From positions 17,670,001 to 17,734,000 of the forward strand of contig OZ286468.1 in NCBI GenBank assembly GCA_965644265.1: a stretch of 64,000 bases of DNA, written 5' to 3'. The notes under the pieces were generated by a model. The model made no database searches, was not told the origin of the DNA, and saw only the letters and a list, made by a program, of their open reading frames with translations. Made by a program: the position numbers and the translations under genes. This DNA comes from Glycera tridactyla (taxonomy: Eukaryota). Below are positions 12,877 through 25,925 of the stretch, in pieces; position 1 is the stretch's first letter, and each line of letters starts with the position of its first letter.

Positions 12877-13084
12877 GAGGTCGCAAATGCGAGCTCCACA
12901 AGATGTTTAAGCATAGAACATCTTGCGTATTCCAACCGCATTGAAGAGACGATCGACGCCACTCCTAGAACATCGAGGATTACCATCGAGCGCCTATCGA
13001 GATAGAAGACAAAGCCGCCACCAACTCTCCGCAGCATTTATTAGGATTTTACGGATTTTTGAATGCCTGGTGGACGCAAACACA

Positions 13085-13345
13085 GTCAGCGCAAGCACAA
13101 TCAGCGCAAGCACAGTCAGCAGCTGCCGTGTGCACGCACACACAACCCGCAGCCGATCAGCGAACCTACGCACGTTAACTGCACGTATCCGGAGTGTTTA
13201 CGAGCCAAGCGCGCGGACCTACCAGCCACGCACAACCAGCGCACGCAGGAGGGATGCACGCACAGTCAGAGCACGCACATCGGACGCACGCACAATCAGC
13301 GCACGCACATCGGACGCACGCACAATCAGCGCACGCACATCGGAT
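13085..13345. repeat. Minisatellite inside putative LTR
   Basis: CAGCGCAAGCACA(A/G)T units, then 30-bp units GCACGCACATCGGACGCACGCACAATCAGC. Confidence 0.85.
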
Positions 13346-14462
13346 ACACTTATTATCCACACACACACTTTGGAGTACCACATCAGAGAAACACACACAG
13401 TCAGTATACTTATCACCGCCAGACGCACAAACACACACTAGCTAGTGAAAAGCGACATGTAGTACATCAAACATTGCTGGGCCTCATTAAGCGGGTTACA
13501 CGCATCCATCAGCTTCTTGACACACATCTTAGATCAAATATTCGCTAGAGGGCACAGAAAGTCACTGTATCAAGTAGCTTCCGGTTGGGCTTAGTTGTAA
13601 TCAGCTTAGGACTTAGTTGATTGCTTGTGAGTTCGTTGGATTGGACTTGATCGGTACTTGGTGTCCATTGTTTAGGCAGAGTGAGCTCACTTCTTTGTGT
13701 TGTTGGGAGATTGTTAGAAGCATTATCCGTGGGTTCAACCTTCCCCTGCCTCACTTAGTTGGTGTTTCCGGACTCAACTAATTCTAAAGCTAGCCAAGCG
13801 AGTTTGTTTTATTCATACCCCAAAAGCATCTGTGATTGATTGATAGAGTCATTATAGTAATATCAACGGGATACTCTGGACTGGACGCAGACTAATTGAT
13901 GGACAGACGGACAGATAAAACTAGCCACAGGGAGCGACCAGCACTTACAGGTGGTTGCAAGGGTCCTCAACCTTCATCAACGTTCGTTGGTTGATTATAG
14001 GATCCTTAAACCAGAGCTGACTGCGTTCCCGAGTGAACACGCGGGGTGCAATATATGAACTCATTATAGTTGCTCAGAGGTTAGTAGAATAGGGAATTTT
14101 GACTTTTAGCTAGGCCGGAGGTCTTTGTTCTAACCGCTAACAAATCCTGAGACAACGGTGAGATCCAATCTTCTGATTGACGCCTAATCCAAAGGTGGCT
14201 TTTCCGAGACTGGACTTTCACTGAATTTTTGGGACAGAGAGGGTTATCCGTTGAGGTTATTCAAACACTATATCAATCAACACCGGTATCAAAAGAAACC
14301 CCCATTAGAAAAATTAATATTTAAATATCTCCCTGGTTATTAATCTAATTACCACACACATAAATAATCCATTCATTCGCCTACGGTATCAGCATAAGAA
14401 ACAGTTGTTGTTGTTGTACGGAAAGTGTAGTAGTGAATGAGATAGTGGTACAAGTGATTGGT

Positions 14463-14498
14463 GAAGTGGCAGTAGTGGTAGTAGTAGTAGTAGTGGTC

Positions 14499-14544
<46 letters not shown>

Positions 14545-14760
14545 TAGCAATGGTAGTCGTTGTAGTAATACTAGTAGTAGTAGTACTAGTAGTAGATTTG
14601 AGTGGTAGAAACAGAACCAGAAGCAACCACAGCAGCAAGAACAACAACAGCAGAATCAGCAGCAGCAGTAGTATTGACAGGGGTGGTGATAGTAGTGATA
14701 GTAGTTGTAGTAGTAGTGGTAGTAGTAGTGGTAGTAGTAGTGGTAGGAGTAGTAGTAGTA
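14463..14760. repeat. (GTA)n microsatellite tracts
   Basis: Imperfect GTA runs, which produce spurious poly-V, poly-T and poly-S ORFs. Confidence 0.95.
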
Positions 14761-15249
14761 GTGCCTCACCTAATGTATCAGAAGAAACTCGAGCTATTGA
14801 GTAGAATACCCGATGATGTTTTCACCGTATCTCAGTGTCTATCGCTGAAACAATTTTTCGTCTAGTACTACTGAATAATTGATTCACACGTATCAGTTTT
14901 TGCTTGTCATCTCCAAGTGTAGCTGACGGAGTATGGAGTCCACGATTTAGGGAATCCTTTGAGCACCTATTAGATAAATTATCCTCTAGCTAAAGCAGGA
15001 TGTGAACAAGACAGTTTCAACGATCACCTGTCAACTCCTACCAGCTCTTTGTGCAGTTATTACTATCGCTGACGCCACCATCACCACTACCACCATCACC
15101 ATGATCAATAATCAACAATACCATGATGAAGCTTATTTGCCTAGATCATTGGAGTCTTTATTACAACAGATGGTGTTGATAGTCTTCCTATTTCAACAGG
15201 CATAACATCCATTCCAATCCTTTCCACTGGACAGCGGGCCAAGTTAACA

Positions 15250-17303
15250 GAGACATTGTTGGTAACAAATAGTTGGTGCATCCTACGCAAGTCTGCCTTC
15301 AGTGCAAGTTTGATGTCACGGAAGAGCTCTTAAGTTACATTACCTTCCATGTTCCATGTATCTCCTATCCACTAGGTGTGAATTTACCATCTGGTCAAAT
15401 TCCCCATGGCTCTTGTCACGAGGAGGCATAATGTCTTCTCTGTCACATCAGCCGACATGAGGTGTCTTAGAATGTGCTTGAACTCTGCTGGGATGAGATA
15501 GATCTCCATTTCCCAAACGAGCTCTCGCTAATGTATTGTATGATTGTCACTATTGAAGAAAAGCGAATGAAGATCTGTGCTTCCATTCAAAAACATCGTC
15601 AGCAATGTTATTGCAATTTTAAATTGGTACCATTCTCTCCTTGAAATGTGTAAATCCGACCTGAGACGTGATGAAATGTACTTCCATATGCATTAGTGAT
15701 GATATGACTTCAATTTGTTATTCAATATATTCAACAACACAAGTTGTCTGTTCTTCATTGGGTCACAGACACGCATTATATTCTTTCACCAGGCTCGACC
15801 CTTCTTATGTCTGAGGAGGGAGGGTATTACAGCGTCTCAGACGATGACATCATTGTGCTGTCAAATTCTGGGCACACAATGATTACATGGAACTCACAAT
15901 TTTCTGATTATGCAAGGTTTGTATAGGCCCTAGAGATGACGAAATGCTGAGTGTCTGCATCTGCGTTGGAATGTCCATGCTCTTGAAATGCATCCAGAAA
16001 GACCATCGAATTTTGAACATTTTAACTGTCCTCTCACATTTGTCCAATGCACGTCTTGGTGCTCTGGTTACCGGTCAACCTTTCCAAATAATGCCGAAAA
16101 TGGCTTCTGTCATATGGCAAGTAGTATGATTGATTCAATTTTTGAGCATTAGATTAAGTTTGTTCAGGTTGATTGGGTAGAGGTGTGTCGCACCTGTCAG
16201 CTACTTCCTCTTGACAACGTTTCAGGTTCCCCATCAAACTGTGTTAAGGGTTCATGAGAGAGATGTCTGCAGGGGAAAGAATGTCTAGCTTTCATCAACC
16301 AGGAACACACAGCATACATAATCCCAGGGTTGAAACATGATGTTTAAACACCAGCCAAACAAACAATCATCAATATCGTCCCGGCGTCACCGTCATCATC
16401 GTCATCGCAATCAAATCCATCGTGGCTGTTGCTGTGATCACCGTCGTCATCGTCGTCATTAGCAATGCCATCATCAACGTCGCCATCATGTCATCATTCT
16501 CAACATCACATCTATTCATCTTGAACAATGGCCCATTCCTATGGGTAATATGTGGAGTCCATTTGCGCCACGAGGGAAGTGTTTGCCATATGCAAAAAAA
16601 TGAGATTGCCTAAATGGCTCTGTATAATTGAACCATTTACAACCAGACAATGCATACAAAATGAAGTCGGTGCCACCTAGTGTCGCAATGGGTTGCCTTC
16701 AGCATTGGTGTCACTGCATTCAGTGGCAAGATGATTCACCATCCCATGGTTCAAGGTCACCATTCGTAATTTTTGCAGGCTCTCGATCATCCACGTTTCT
16801 GAAGTTCTATATTATCACACCGTCACAGCTGAAGACATTTAGAATGATGCATTATCTCCTTCGAACAGTGAGAGTCAGGTTTGCAACTTTCTTGTACTCT
16901 TGCAGCATATCCATGTATGTATGACTTCTACATCGTTCGTGAAGTTACAGTAGGTCCATGGTTCATCAACTTTGCAAGCTATAGTATGTCAATTATCAGG
17001 TAACGAAATGGCAATCTCCGCCTGAACGTCTCAACAGGAGAGTTCACAAATACAGGTAAAGTCAAGGATCAATTATTGATTGACAGTTTCATGATTGTTG
17101 TGTAGAGAAGTATGAATCTGAATAATAGGATGTCCTTCCGAGACCAAACTCAAGGTGTTCAGGCAACCGATTAACTTTTTCAAGGTCCTGAAATTCAACG
17201 TTTTAACGAGTATAAATATATTGGTATTGTACCTAATGATACATTGACATTCGAAGCACACAGTGAATAACAATTGAAAAAAATCGTCACAAGACGTTCT
17301 GCG
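15250..17303 (-). pseudogene. Decayed LRR/TIR (Toll-like-receptor-like) pseudogene
   Basis: Minus-strand fragments in TLR order: FRTLKKLIGCLNTLSLVSEGHPIIQI, LQKLRMVTLNH and EGNPL (LRR-like); RRVEPGERI (cf. RDFxPG); ISSRL..REWYQFKIA (cf. SxWCxFE); ELFRDIKLALK (TIR end). Many stops and frameshifts. Confidence 0.5.
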
Positions 17304-17310
17304 ATCTTTT

Positions 17311-17800
17311 GGGAGTTGCCGGAGTGAATCCATGCGGGTGACACTCTGCTGCAGCGCCTGCAATTACTACATTGTTCAACATACACAGTGGGTTGCCGGA
17401 ATGAAATCATGCGGATGACATTCTGCTGCAGCTCTGCTCAAGTTCACTCTTTCTGCCGGATAATTGCATGGGAGTTGCCGGAGTGAATCCATGCGGGTGA
17501 CACTCTGCTGCAGCGCCTGCAATTACTACATTGTTCAACATACACAGTGGGTTGCCGGAATGAAATCATGCGGATGACATTCTGCTGCAGCTCAGCTTGG
17601 TAAATCTACGTTGTCAAGTTCACTTTTTCTTCGAGTGCCGGACAATTATATGGGAGCTGCCGGAGTAAATCCACGAGGGTGACACTCTGGTGCAGTGCCT
17701 ACCGTTACTACATTACTACATTGATCAGCATGCCGGAATGAAATTATACGCATATGCTGCCGGGTTGAAGTCATTCGGATGACAGCCTGCTGCAGCATCA
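17311..17800 (+). repeat. Tandem sub-repeats at the 5' end of the LINE
   Basis: 17311-17434 is identical to 17470-17593 (period 159). About 7 copies of TGCCGG..TGAA..CAT.CGG.TGACA..CTGCTGCAG. Confidence 0.9.
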
Positions 17801-18213
17801 GCAACCCCGACATCTCCAATCTCCAATTGCTGACCTTGAGGAAACCAAACGGAGGGACATCGATTGAGCTGTAATATGTTGATTGGCAACCATGCCTATA
17901 AAAAGGATACTTAATGTGATTCTATATTGTGAAGGATGAACTGATTAGCAGAGTTTATTCAACATGTTAGGAGCACACATTTGAGCCACGACTGATATTT
18001 ATGGACACATGGTGGTATGTTCTATCTTTCATGACTGTGAAGCATATACATATTTATCAAATCTCCAGAAGGCAGGCAATATTGTTGGATGGCTCATACA
18101 TAAATTTGCGAGGTACTCATTTCCTACCGCATCCATACAAATCCAAACTCATCTTTACTCTACATTGCAGCATCATTCTCATTTGTTCTTTCTTATATCA
18201 CTGATTTATACAT

Positions 18214-21200
18214 TTGATTTCATCACCAAACTCCACTCTGTTTAATAGTCTATCGGACATCCCAACCCCAATACTATTCCATCTTCCTATCAACATCATA
18301 ATCAATAACAATAGAAGGCGACCAACCCATGTTTTCCCCTCAGCCAATCCCTTGTCTGATTTTGAATATACTACTGCCTCTCTCTCAAACTTACCTGGTA
18401 TATCTTTTGGATCCCTAAATATCCAGAGCATAACACGGACAATTCATGATGTAAAGATATTTTTAGAAAAAAGTAAATTAGATTTTCTTGTTCTAACAGA
18501 ATCCTTTCTTAATGACAGCATTGGAGATGAAGAACTGGCTGTTCCTGGATATGAATTCTTAAGGTTTGATAGAACTGACTTGAGTGGTAAATCGGGTGGT
18601 GGTGGTCTACTGATCTATTATGCTTCTCAGTATTGTGTATCATCTCTACCTGATATATCTCATTGTTCTCAAGCAGTAGAGACTGGGTGGTGTAAGATCC
18701 AATTCAATAAATGTCGGCCACTAATATTGGGAGCACTCTACCGACCGCCAGATGGCCAAGCAAATGAGTTTATTACCCAGGTTACAGGAAATCTAGAAAA
18801 TCTCCGTGACAAATGGCCTGTCCATAGTGTGATATTGATGGGAGATATGAATTTAGACTTGAGCAAACAACGTGGTCCTGGAATAAAAGCATATCGTGAA
18901 TTCCTACGTGACCAGTCATTGTACCAACTCATCAATTCCCCAACTCGAATCACGCCGACCAGTAGTACAATAATTGACCATATATTAGTTTCGGATAAGA
19001 GTTATTTCAACCAATCTGGTGTGATTGACCCGGGCATGAGTGATCACGCTCTGATATTTATGAACAGGAAACGTCAGAAATTATCTAAAAAGAAATGCGA
19101 CTATCAGTTTAGGAGTTATAGGAATTTTAATGAGGTGGATTTCAAAAGAGATCTCAGTAATATTGATATTGGACATATTGTTGCAGAGAATGATCCCGAT
19201 GTATCCGCCGAATACCTGGCAAACGAGATAAATAAATGTCTGAATGTACATGCTCCTGTAAAGAAACGTAAATTTCGTGAATTTTCTCAGCCCTGGGTAA
19301 ATCATGAATACTTGAGCATGATTGATCTATGTGAATATCGTTCTCATCTATTTTATAAGTCACCAACTGAAATGAATTTGGCATTGAAAAAAGAAGCCCT
19401 GAGGCGTAAATATTTTTTGAAAAAAGAACTGATTAGTACGTATGTTGAGGACAATATAGAGCGGCATGAGCACAATCCTAAGAAAATGTGGAAGTCAATC
19501 AAAGAAATATGGCCACTGACAAAGAAAGGCACAGCCAAGCCAAAACTTGAATCTGAAGCCAATTTTGCTCAAGCTTGTGAGATAAATGATTTTTTCTGTG
19601 ACATTGGTTCAAAACTTGCAAATGAGATCCCTGATGTTGCCCACCCTCCGAGACCCACCTTACACTATCCGCCAGTATTTGAGCTACATCCGATCACGCA
19701 AGATGATCTATCAAAAGTTATTCACGAGCTAAATAAAACAACATCTGCTGGGAGGGATGGTATAACGAGCAACTTATGTCGCATGTTTCCAGGAAATATT
19801 CTTCATGCCATGACAGTCATATGTAATCAATCTTTTGCATCAAGTGTATTTCCCTCTGTCTGGAAGGATAGTATAGTAACTATCCTACACAAAGGAGGTA
19901 GTGACTTTAGTCTATCAAGTTTTCGTCCCATCTCTATCATACCAACTCTTGGCAAAATTATGGAGAAAATTGTTCATCGACAAGTGTATTCATATCTAAC
20001 AAAGTATGAAATCTTGTCGGATGCCCAATTTGGATTCAGGGAGGGGTATTCGACTGGGGCATGCCTGACCAGCTTTTTGGAGTCAATCTTCATGGGCGCT
20101 GATCGGTCATGTCCCACGGGAGTCCTCTTCCTGGATCTGAAGAAGGCATTCGATACAGTTGATCATACTCGTCTTCTTTCGAGGCTTCGCGAGGTGGGCT
20201 TTAGATATGGCACAGTTGAATGGTTTCGGTCGTACTTATCAAATCGCCAACAGTCAGTGAAATTCGATAATGCTATATCCTCAAATCGTACGATTACCTG
20301 TGGAGTGCCCCAAGGTTCCATCTTGGAGCCTCTTCTGTTTGTGATATATGTGAATGAGCTGCCAAATATTTTGCATGACTGTACCCCTTACTTATATGCC
20401 GATGATACTGCGGTGTGTGCCAGGGCATCAAGTGAAGCTGAATTGGTTGTAAAACTGGAGAGGGCTATTGCTTTATTGAGTGAGTGGTTCATGTACATGA
20501 AACTCTCACTGAATCTCGACAAATCCTCAATCATGATATTTGGTACCCGTCCTCAGACACAACGAATATCATTCACATCTCTCCTATATGGGGAACATAT
20601 TATTCAGCGTGTATCCACCTATAAGTATCTAGGTATTATGTTAGATAGCAATCTATCATTTGATGCACATGTCAGCTACTTATTAAGAAAGGTCAATATT
20701 CGTAAGTCAGCGCTGGCACACATCCGCCCGTACATCAGTGATCGTAGGGCTTTGTTTCTGTATCACTCTCTGATTCAGTCTCTCCTTAGCTACAATGGTC
20801 ACATTTATGGAAGTCTGAACCAGGAACAGGCGAATAGGCTACAAGTAGCACAGAATCGTTGTTTGAGAGTGGTGCGGAGTAATCCCAATTGCTACTCAGC
20901 CACCGAATGCCATAGAGCCTTGAAGGTACCTTTTTTGGACAGCTGCGGAATAGGCAGCTTATTCTTGAATGTTATAAGATGATTAATATGCCGTTGAATA
21001 ATACTCATGATCTTAGTCTAAGGACACGAGCAAGTGTGACTGGAAGGCTGACTCGTCAGTCTGCCAGACATGATCTCCAACTGCCCCGCCTCAGAACGCA
21101 ATTTGCAGCGAGAAGTGTGATTTTTAGAGGGATAAAACTTTGGAATTCTGTGCCAGTAGAACTTAGAGAAAGTGCTTCTTTGGCAATCCTAAAGAAAAAA

Positions 21201-21230
21201 TGTAAGTTGTATTATGAGCACTTCAAATAA
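18214..21230 (+). pseudogene. LINE ORF2 (APE endonuclease + RT)
   Basis: GSLNIQS, LTES, YRPP, GDMN, IDH and SDH endonuclease motifs. LDLKKAFDTV, QGSILEPLLF (G>E) and YADDT RT motifs. Frameshift near 20940 into the 20979-21230 frame (LWNSVP). Confidence 0.92.
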
Positions 21231-21872
21231 GAATATATGGGGTAATAGTATCCAGGATTGATCGGTGAATTGGCTATAGTGTTGCATTTATATATATGAG
21301 GTTTTTGAATAGGTGGGATTACATGGGTTGGAACGAGTTTGCTTCTGATATTTTTATATATATGTACTTTCTACTTTCTCCTACATATTACCATACCCCA
21401 TATTTCTGTGGATGCTCTGCCAATATTCCAATTCTCCTTGACATTTAATAGATATATTATCCAATATCAATTTTCCAATTTATCCAATTTCAATTATGAG
21501 TTTCCCCATCTGCCTCAAATAGATCTATCAGCCATCGATCAACTATCTGAAATTTGTAAATATTGTATATAATAACTCTGTGTTCTCCGAGCGCCACCGT
21601 ATTTATATGTGATTATATCAAATTTCTCTCGTACATATTTATTTGTATTGGTTCACCTGTTGCAATAGCGCGTTGTATCCCTGAACCTGTTTTGCTGTAT
21701 GCCCACAAAAGCTTGTAGTGCGACTTCGGTCAAAGCTATACTGTGAATAAAGTTTTTTTCAATTCAATTCAATCTCGCATATCAGACCATTTATCTCTAA
21801 AAAAGGAGCACTGTTATCTATCACCCGTTGTTACAAGATAATTTTGTACTCTGTGGAATGAGTGCCAGGGCG

Positions 21873-22118
21873 NNNNNNNNNNNNNNNNNNNNNNNNNNNN
21901 NNNNNNNNNNNNNNNNNNNNNNNNNNNNNNNNNNNNNNNNNNNNNNNNNNNNNNNNNNNNNNNNNNNNNNNNNNNNNNNNNNNNNNNNNNNNNNNNNNNN
22001 NNNNNNNNNNNNNNNNNNNNNNNNNNNNNNNNNNNNNNNNNNNNNNNNNNNNNNNNNNNNNNNNNNNNNNNNNNNNNNNNNNNNNNNNNNNNNNNNNNNN
22101 NNNNNNNNNNNNNNNNNN
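21873..22118. other. Assembly gap (N run)
   Basis: Run of N. Confidence 1.
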
Positions 22119-23609
22119 TCGCACAAGATATAAATACACACAAACTAGCATGAATAACCAAATAGAAATGGAGTGCTTCAATGAGTACGCTCTGCATCTT
22201 ACATTTAATGATGTTTTTGCTGACCCAGGAACTTCATAGTTCTTCATGGTTGGATGGGTGCAGTTTACTTTGTATCGCAGGTGACGTCATTGTTCGAATT
22301 AGTGCTGTGATGATTTACCTGATACAAATTAATGATTTATATTTCCATGTGATGACAATTCTCTGCTGACTATTTCGTTTGCATGGATTTCACACAGCTC
22401 CGTATTATTTCATTGAAGCTTATAGTGAATCATGTTGCAACTTGCCTATATTCCTTTTCAATGTCTTTTCTCTTTCCCGATTGGAAAATACAAATTCAAA
22501 GACTCACAGTTCGCCTCGAAGTACTTTCAATTTCTGAAGTTCCTTGCTGCTTGTCACCATCTCTCCTAACTTCTAGATGTTTTATGTTCTATATAATGTT
22601 CTCAAGTTGAATTTTGTACGCTCATAAATTATTTTATGATGTTTATGGCCCGCGCATAGTTCTACCAGATGCCTATCAGGATCCAGGAGATAACTGACTT
22701 CTCACCGAAGCGATGGATTCTGATTTCACTGTGACACTTCAGAGTTGCAGGCTTTTTTCCTGTCCTAATCAAATGCAAATTTAGATATCTACAGTTTGCC
22801 TACACTGGACTTCGATTTGAATTCCCTAACAGGCCTATTTATGTTTGAGTTTTCTTCATACTCCAAAACTCTTAGAAAGACAAAACAAAATTAAGTGGAA
22901 ACACTCAAACCATTACTGATCATAGCCATCTTTATTTGTGTGAAATAGAATATGGGATGACCGGAAGTGACAATAACTCACTGTTACCAATGTAAGACAC
23001 TCTTCATTTTGCATCATGCAAAATTCGGTAGCAGATATACTGCGTTGCGTAGGCACTTGTGACAAGCAGCATCTTAAGGGACGGATAGACTCTCATATAA
23101 AACACCCACCATGAAAGCGCTGACTACCAACCTTAACGCTTACTCAGGGGTCCCAACAGAAATCAGTAACTAGTATTATGTAGATCTACATAGGTGCAGA
23201 GTAATGTATCTACATGACCTTCTCTAGGGGACGCTATTCATATTTGCCATCCGAGTAACTGACCACAGACCCTCTCCACTATCTTACTTCTGACCACCTA
23301 CGTCTGTGTGTGAATCTGTGATTGCTGTGTGTTAGCGTACCCCTGGCCCCTTTATCCCATACCTTGTTCTGCCATTTCCTCTTACAAACTCTATGTGTGT
23401 ACTCATAACCCAGTATGAAATCGCAATAACTTTTTGACCTGATTTGGTTATCTCTTTGGGGTACTTACTGCTATGTTTGTGTTAGCACGTAGTATGACCC
23501 GGTTGGGTCCCGTGTAAATATCATGTATATGTATCTAACACAATAAAGAATTCTGTATTCTGTATTCTGTATACTTCATCTGGCGCTTGTAGGTTGCCGT
23601 TTATATATC

Positions 23610-23770
23610 GATGATGATAACGTTGGTTGCTGTGGTGGTGCTGGTGATGATAGTGATGATGATGATGGTGGTGGTGGTGATGGTGGAGAAGTTTTTGGCT
23701 TTGATGTTGGTTGTGGTTGCGACAGTAGTGGTGATCGTGATGGCAATCGGAACTAGTGATGATGGTGATG
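23610..23770. repeat. (TGA/TGG)n low-complexity tract
   Basis: Imperfect trinucleotide repeat. Confidence 0.85.
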
Positions 23771-24297
23771 AAAAGCATGGTGAGGGTGGAGCTGCTCTTG
23801 TTACTGCTACAGGTGATTGTGGTATTTTGTGATGATAATGCTGCGTTGGTTGAACTGTCTCTGTCACGATCATATCACATGAGACGGACTTCTATGCTTT
23901 GGATAATTCTTGAAAGTAATCAACCTTACCTTTCCCATTTGACAGTCATGAGAGTGGTCACTTTTAGATAGATTTGGATAGGTTTAATAGTACCAGGACA
24001 TTCATTTGAAGTCTGCTGCCTGTAAGAAGGAGGTGTGAAACAACAGTTGATATTTTCAAAATTTGATGATTTTTCGCTGGCATCTCACGTGCAGGGACAT
24101 TCTGAGGCAGATGCATCTGTGCAGAAAATCAACTGTCTAATCTGTACTCAGCATAGCGACATTTCTGGGGGCTATAGAAACCTGGCATAATTGTGCGTCC
24201 CAGGTGTTCCTGGAGATATCTAGGAGATCGTTTAATAATATGACCATTTATCAATATCCAAATGTTTGATAAATCTAACTGCTTCAGTGTCTACATA

Positions 24298-24388
24298 CAG
24301 TCGAAGAAGTACTGTGATAGTCGCACAGACTGGCCTTCATACAGGGATGGTCATTATGGAGAGGTGGTTTTCAGAGTAGGTTCCACTG
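24298..24388. mobile_element. Internally deleted Tc1/mariner-pogo-type MITE remnant
   Basis: TA-CAGTCGAA ... GGTTCCACTG-TA; homologous to 58396-58550. Confidence 0.45.
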
Positions 24389-24639
24389 TATTTGCATTTT
24401 CTTCATCCGTCTGTCCTTTCCCCCGCTTTTTCTGCCTTTCTGTCACCCTCTCACTTCTCTGAGGTCACCAATTGCTTGTGTGTCATGAATACCAGTTTGG
24501 AATTCAGCTCTTTGTGTCCTGCCGATGTCAATTATCTTGTGGATTTTCTGATGATTCATCATTCGTCAATCAACTTTTTGGTGACATTTATTTTATCTCA
24601 GCACAGAACGAGGACCCGTTGATAGTAAACAGGCCACAA

Positions 24640-25700
24640 TGAGTGATTTACATTACCTTGAATATCTGATGGTAAGAAATTCAGATTTCTTATCATAAGC
24701 ACATTCCCATGCAAACTCGATCAGAATCCTGATTACATAAATCAATAACCATTGTTTGATCGTCCACTTTCTTCCAATAGGCGTTTGTGACTCAGGCTTA
24801 TGTACAGTCGAGTTTCGATTTCAAAGGCCTTCCCAGTTATCAATGTTTTGAATGATGGTATCATGGTAGACTATGCAAATTATAGCTGATTATCTGGCAT
24901 TTCCTCAATATGACGAATTCTTTTCCTGCGTCCATGGTAGCACTCATGTCAGACTTGAATGGCAGCTGAGGGATGAAGCTAGATAACTCAGATACACTGC
25001 CATTCATTCATATACGAAGAAAATTGTCATCACGATTTCTGTATATCTTATCAGATATTCGAAATATTCATTTTCGTTTTTTGGCCATATTTGATGCGAA
25101 AATACTTGTGATCCGAACCTGAGTCATGACTGACCAATTATAAAGAGACCAATTGATTAGGTCAGGCTTAACTTATCTTCAATCACGACAAGGTCATTTC
25201 GGGCTGAACCAATGGCCAGACTTCTGTGCCCCCTATCAAGGAGTTAAAGAGGAATCACCCTGACATCAGGTTTATATGAAAATGAGAAAGCCTACTAATG
25301 AAATATTTATGTATCCAACTGACTGAAACGTACCATCGAAAGCCGATAATAATGCTTCTGATTTCAGGTGTGTCATTCTATCTGTATTGTGTTGAATCTC
25401 AGGCAACTAGTCAAATCATACCCTTTTATTTATCAGGTCATAATATCTGACATATTAAGACAACCCAATGCCTTGAGCATATTGGAGCGTCATATTGATC
25501 AACTTTATGAGACTGGATATTTGCGCTATGGGAGTGTTATATCATTTCGGCGATAATCAATGGCATTACGGTCACAGTGCACAACTATTGTGTTGGAGTG
25601 CCTCCTCAAGCAGCTTCATAGAGCGATTATCCAATTATTTACGATATTGGAAGCATATAGTCCCACAATCGAGCAAGCCAATTCGGTTTCCGCGGCATCT
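24640..25700 (-). pseudogene. Possible TIR/LRR remnant
   Basis: GKAFEIETRLYISLSHKRLL resembles the TIR segment GxxIxxxIxxxIxxSxKxI. It lies at the position paralogous to the TIR-like ORF at 58892-59260. Very degenerate. Confidence 0.25.
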
Positions 25701-25842
25701 GAATTCCTACACTGGCTATTTCACATACAATTCCAGACGAGACTTCCGTGTTTTTTTCTGATATCAATCATTTCCAAGTTCAAGCGACATTGAAGAGTGA
25801 TGATCAATAGTCTGCATACCGGAATACCTGCATGCCTGCCTG

Positions 25843-25844
<2 letters not shown>

Positions 25845-25922
<78 letters not shown>
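25845..25922. repeat. (CTGT)n microsatellite
   Basis: Near-perfect tetranucleotide repeat. Confidence 0.95.

Positions 25923-25925
<3 letters not shown>

Larger units (their letters stand above)
1..14356 (+). mobile_element. Ty3/Gypsy-like env-bearing LTR element (5' part outside window), decayed; RT/RNase H not seen
   Basis: Retropepsin C-terminus, Gypsy-type integrase, class I fusion env and a probable 3' LTR in colinear order. Multiple stops and frameshifts. Confidence 0.85.
11862..14356 (+). mobile_element. Probable 3' LTR (~2.5 kb); left boundary uncertain
   Basis: PPT-like AAAAGGCGGAAG at 11848-11859 followed by TG, a TATA box at 12870, and a terminus ...TAATTACCACA next to duplicated host sequence. 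The second LTR is not in the window, so this cannot be confirmed. Confidence 0.5.
14390..17303 (+). repeat. Recent duplication, copy A (continues at 21772-21871)
   Basis: Colinear match (~95% by eye) to 34506-36956 and 54241-55366; 21772-21871 matches 55367-55466. Confidence 0.92.
17307..21771 (+). mobile_element. CR1/L2-group LINE, ORF1 absent (5'-truncated)
   Basis: Absent from the paralogous copy (junction at 55366/55367). Probable 3-bp TSD ATC. EN-RT ORF2. 3' end AATAAAG-T7-(CAATT)n tail. Confidence 0.9.
22260..24590 (+). repeat. Older duplicated blocks (patchy), paralogous to 57710-58740
   Basis: Shared blocks such as GCAGGTGACGTCATTGTTC, GTTGCGTAGGCACT.GTGACAAGCAGC, AAACACCCACCATGAAAGC.CTGACTACCAACCT and GTGGATTTTCTGATGATT. 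About 75-80% by eye. Confidence 0.85.

Noticed and set aside
12923-13548. Overlapping 70-170-aa ORFs with repeated peptides
   Set aside because: By-products of the LTR minisatellite.
14381-14865. Poly-T, poly-V and poly-S mucin-like ORFs (also 23521-23873, 25721-26120, 34123-35068)
   Set aside because: Translations of microsatellites and N gaps.
15690-15830. Ig-like snippets (YPP..G..C, TNAYGS)
   Set aside because: Spacing is too short, and the same DNA is better explained as a TIR remnant.
23930-24019. 90-nt candidate exon on the minus strand with canonical splice sites
   Set aside because: The open peptide (QQTSNECPGTIKPIQIYLKVTTLMTVKWE) is unrecognised and no partner exons were found; it may be chance.
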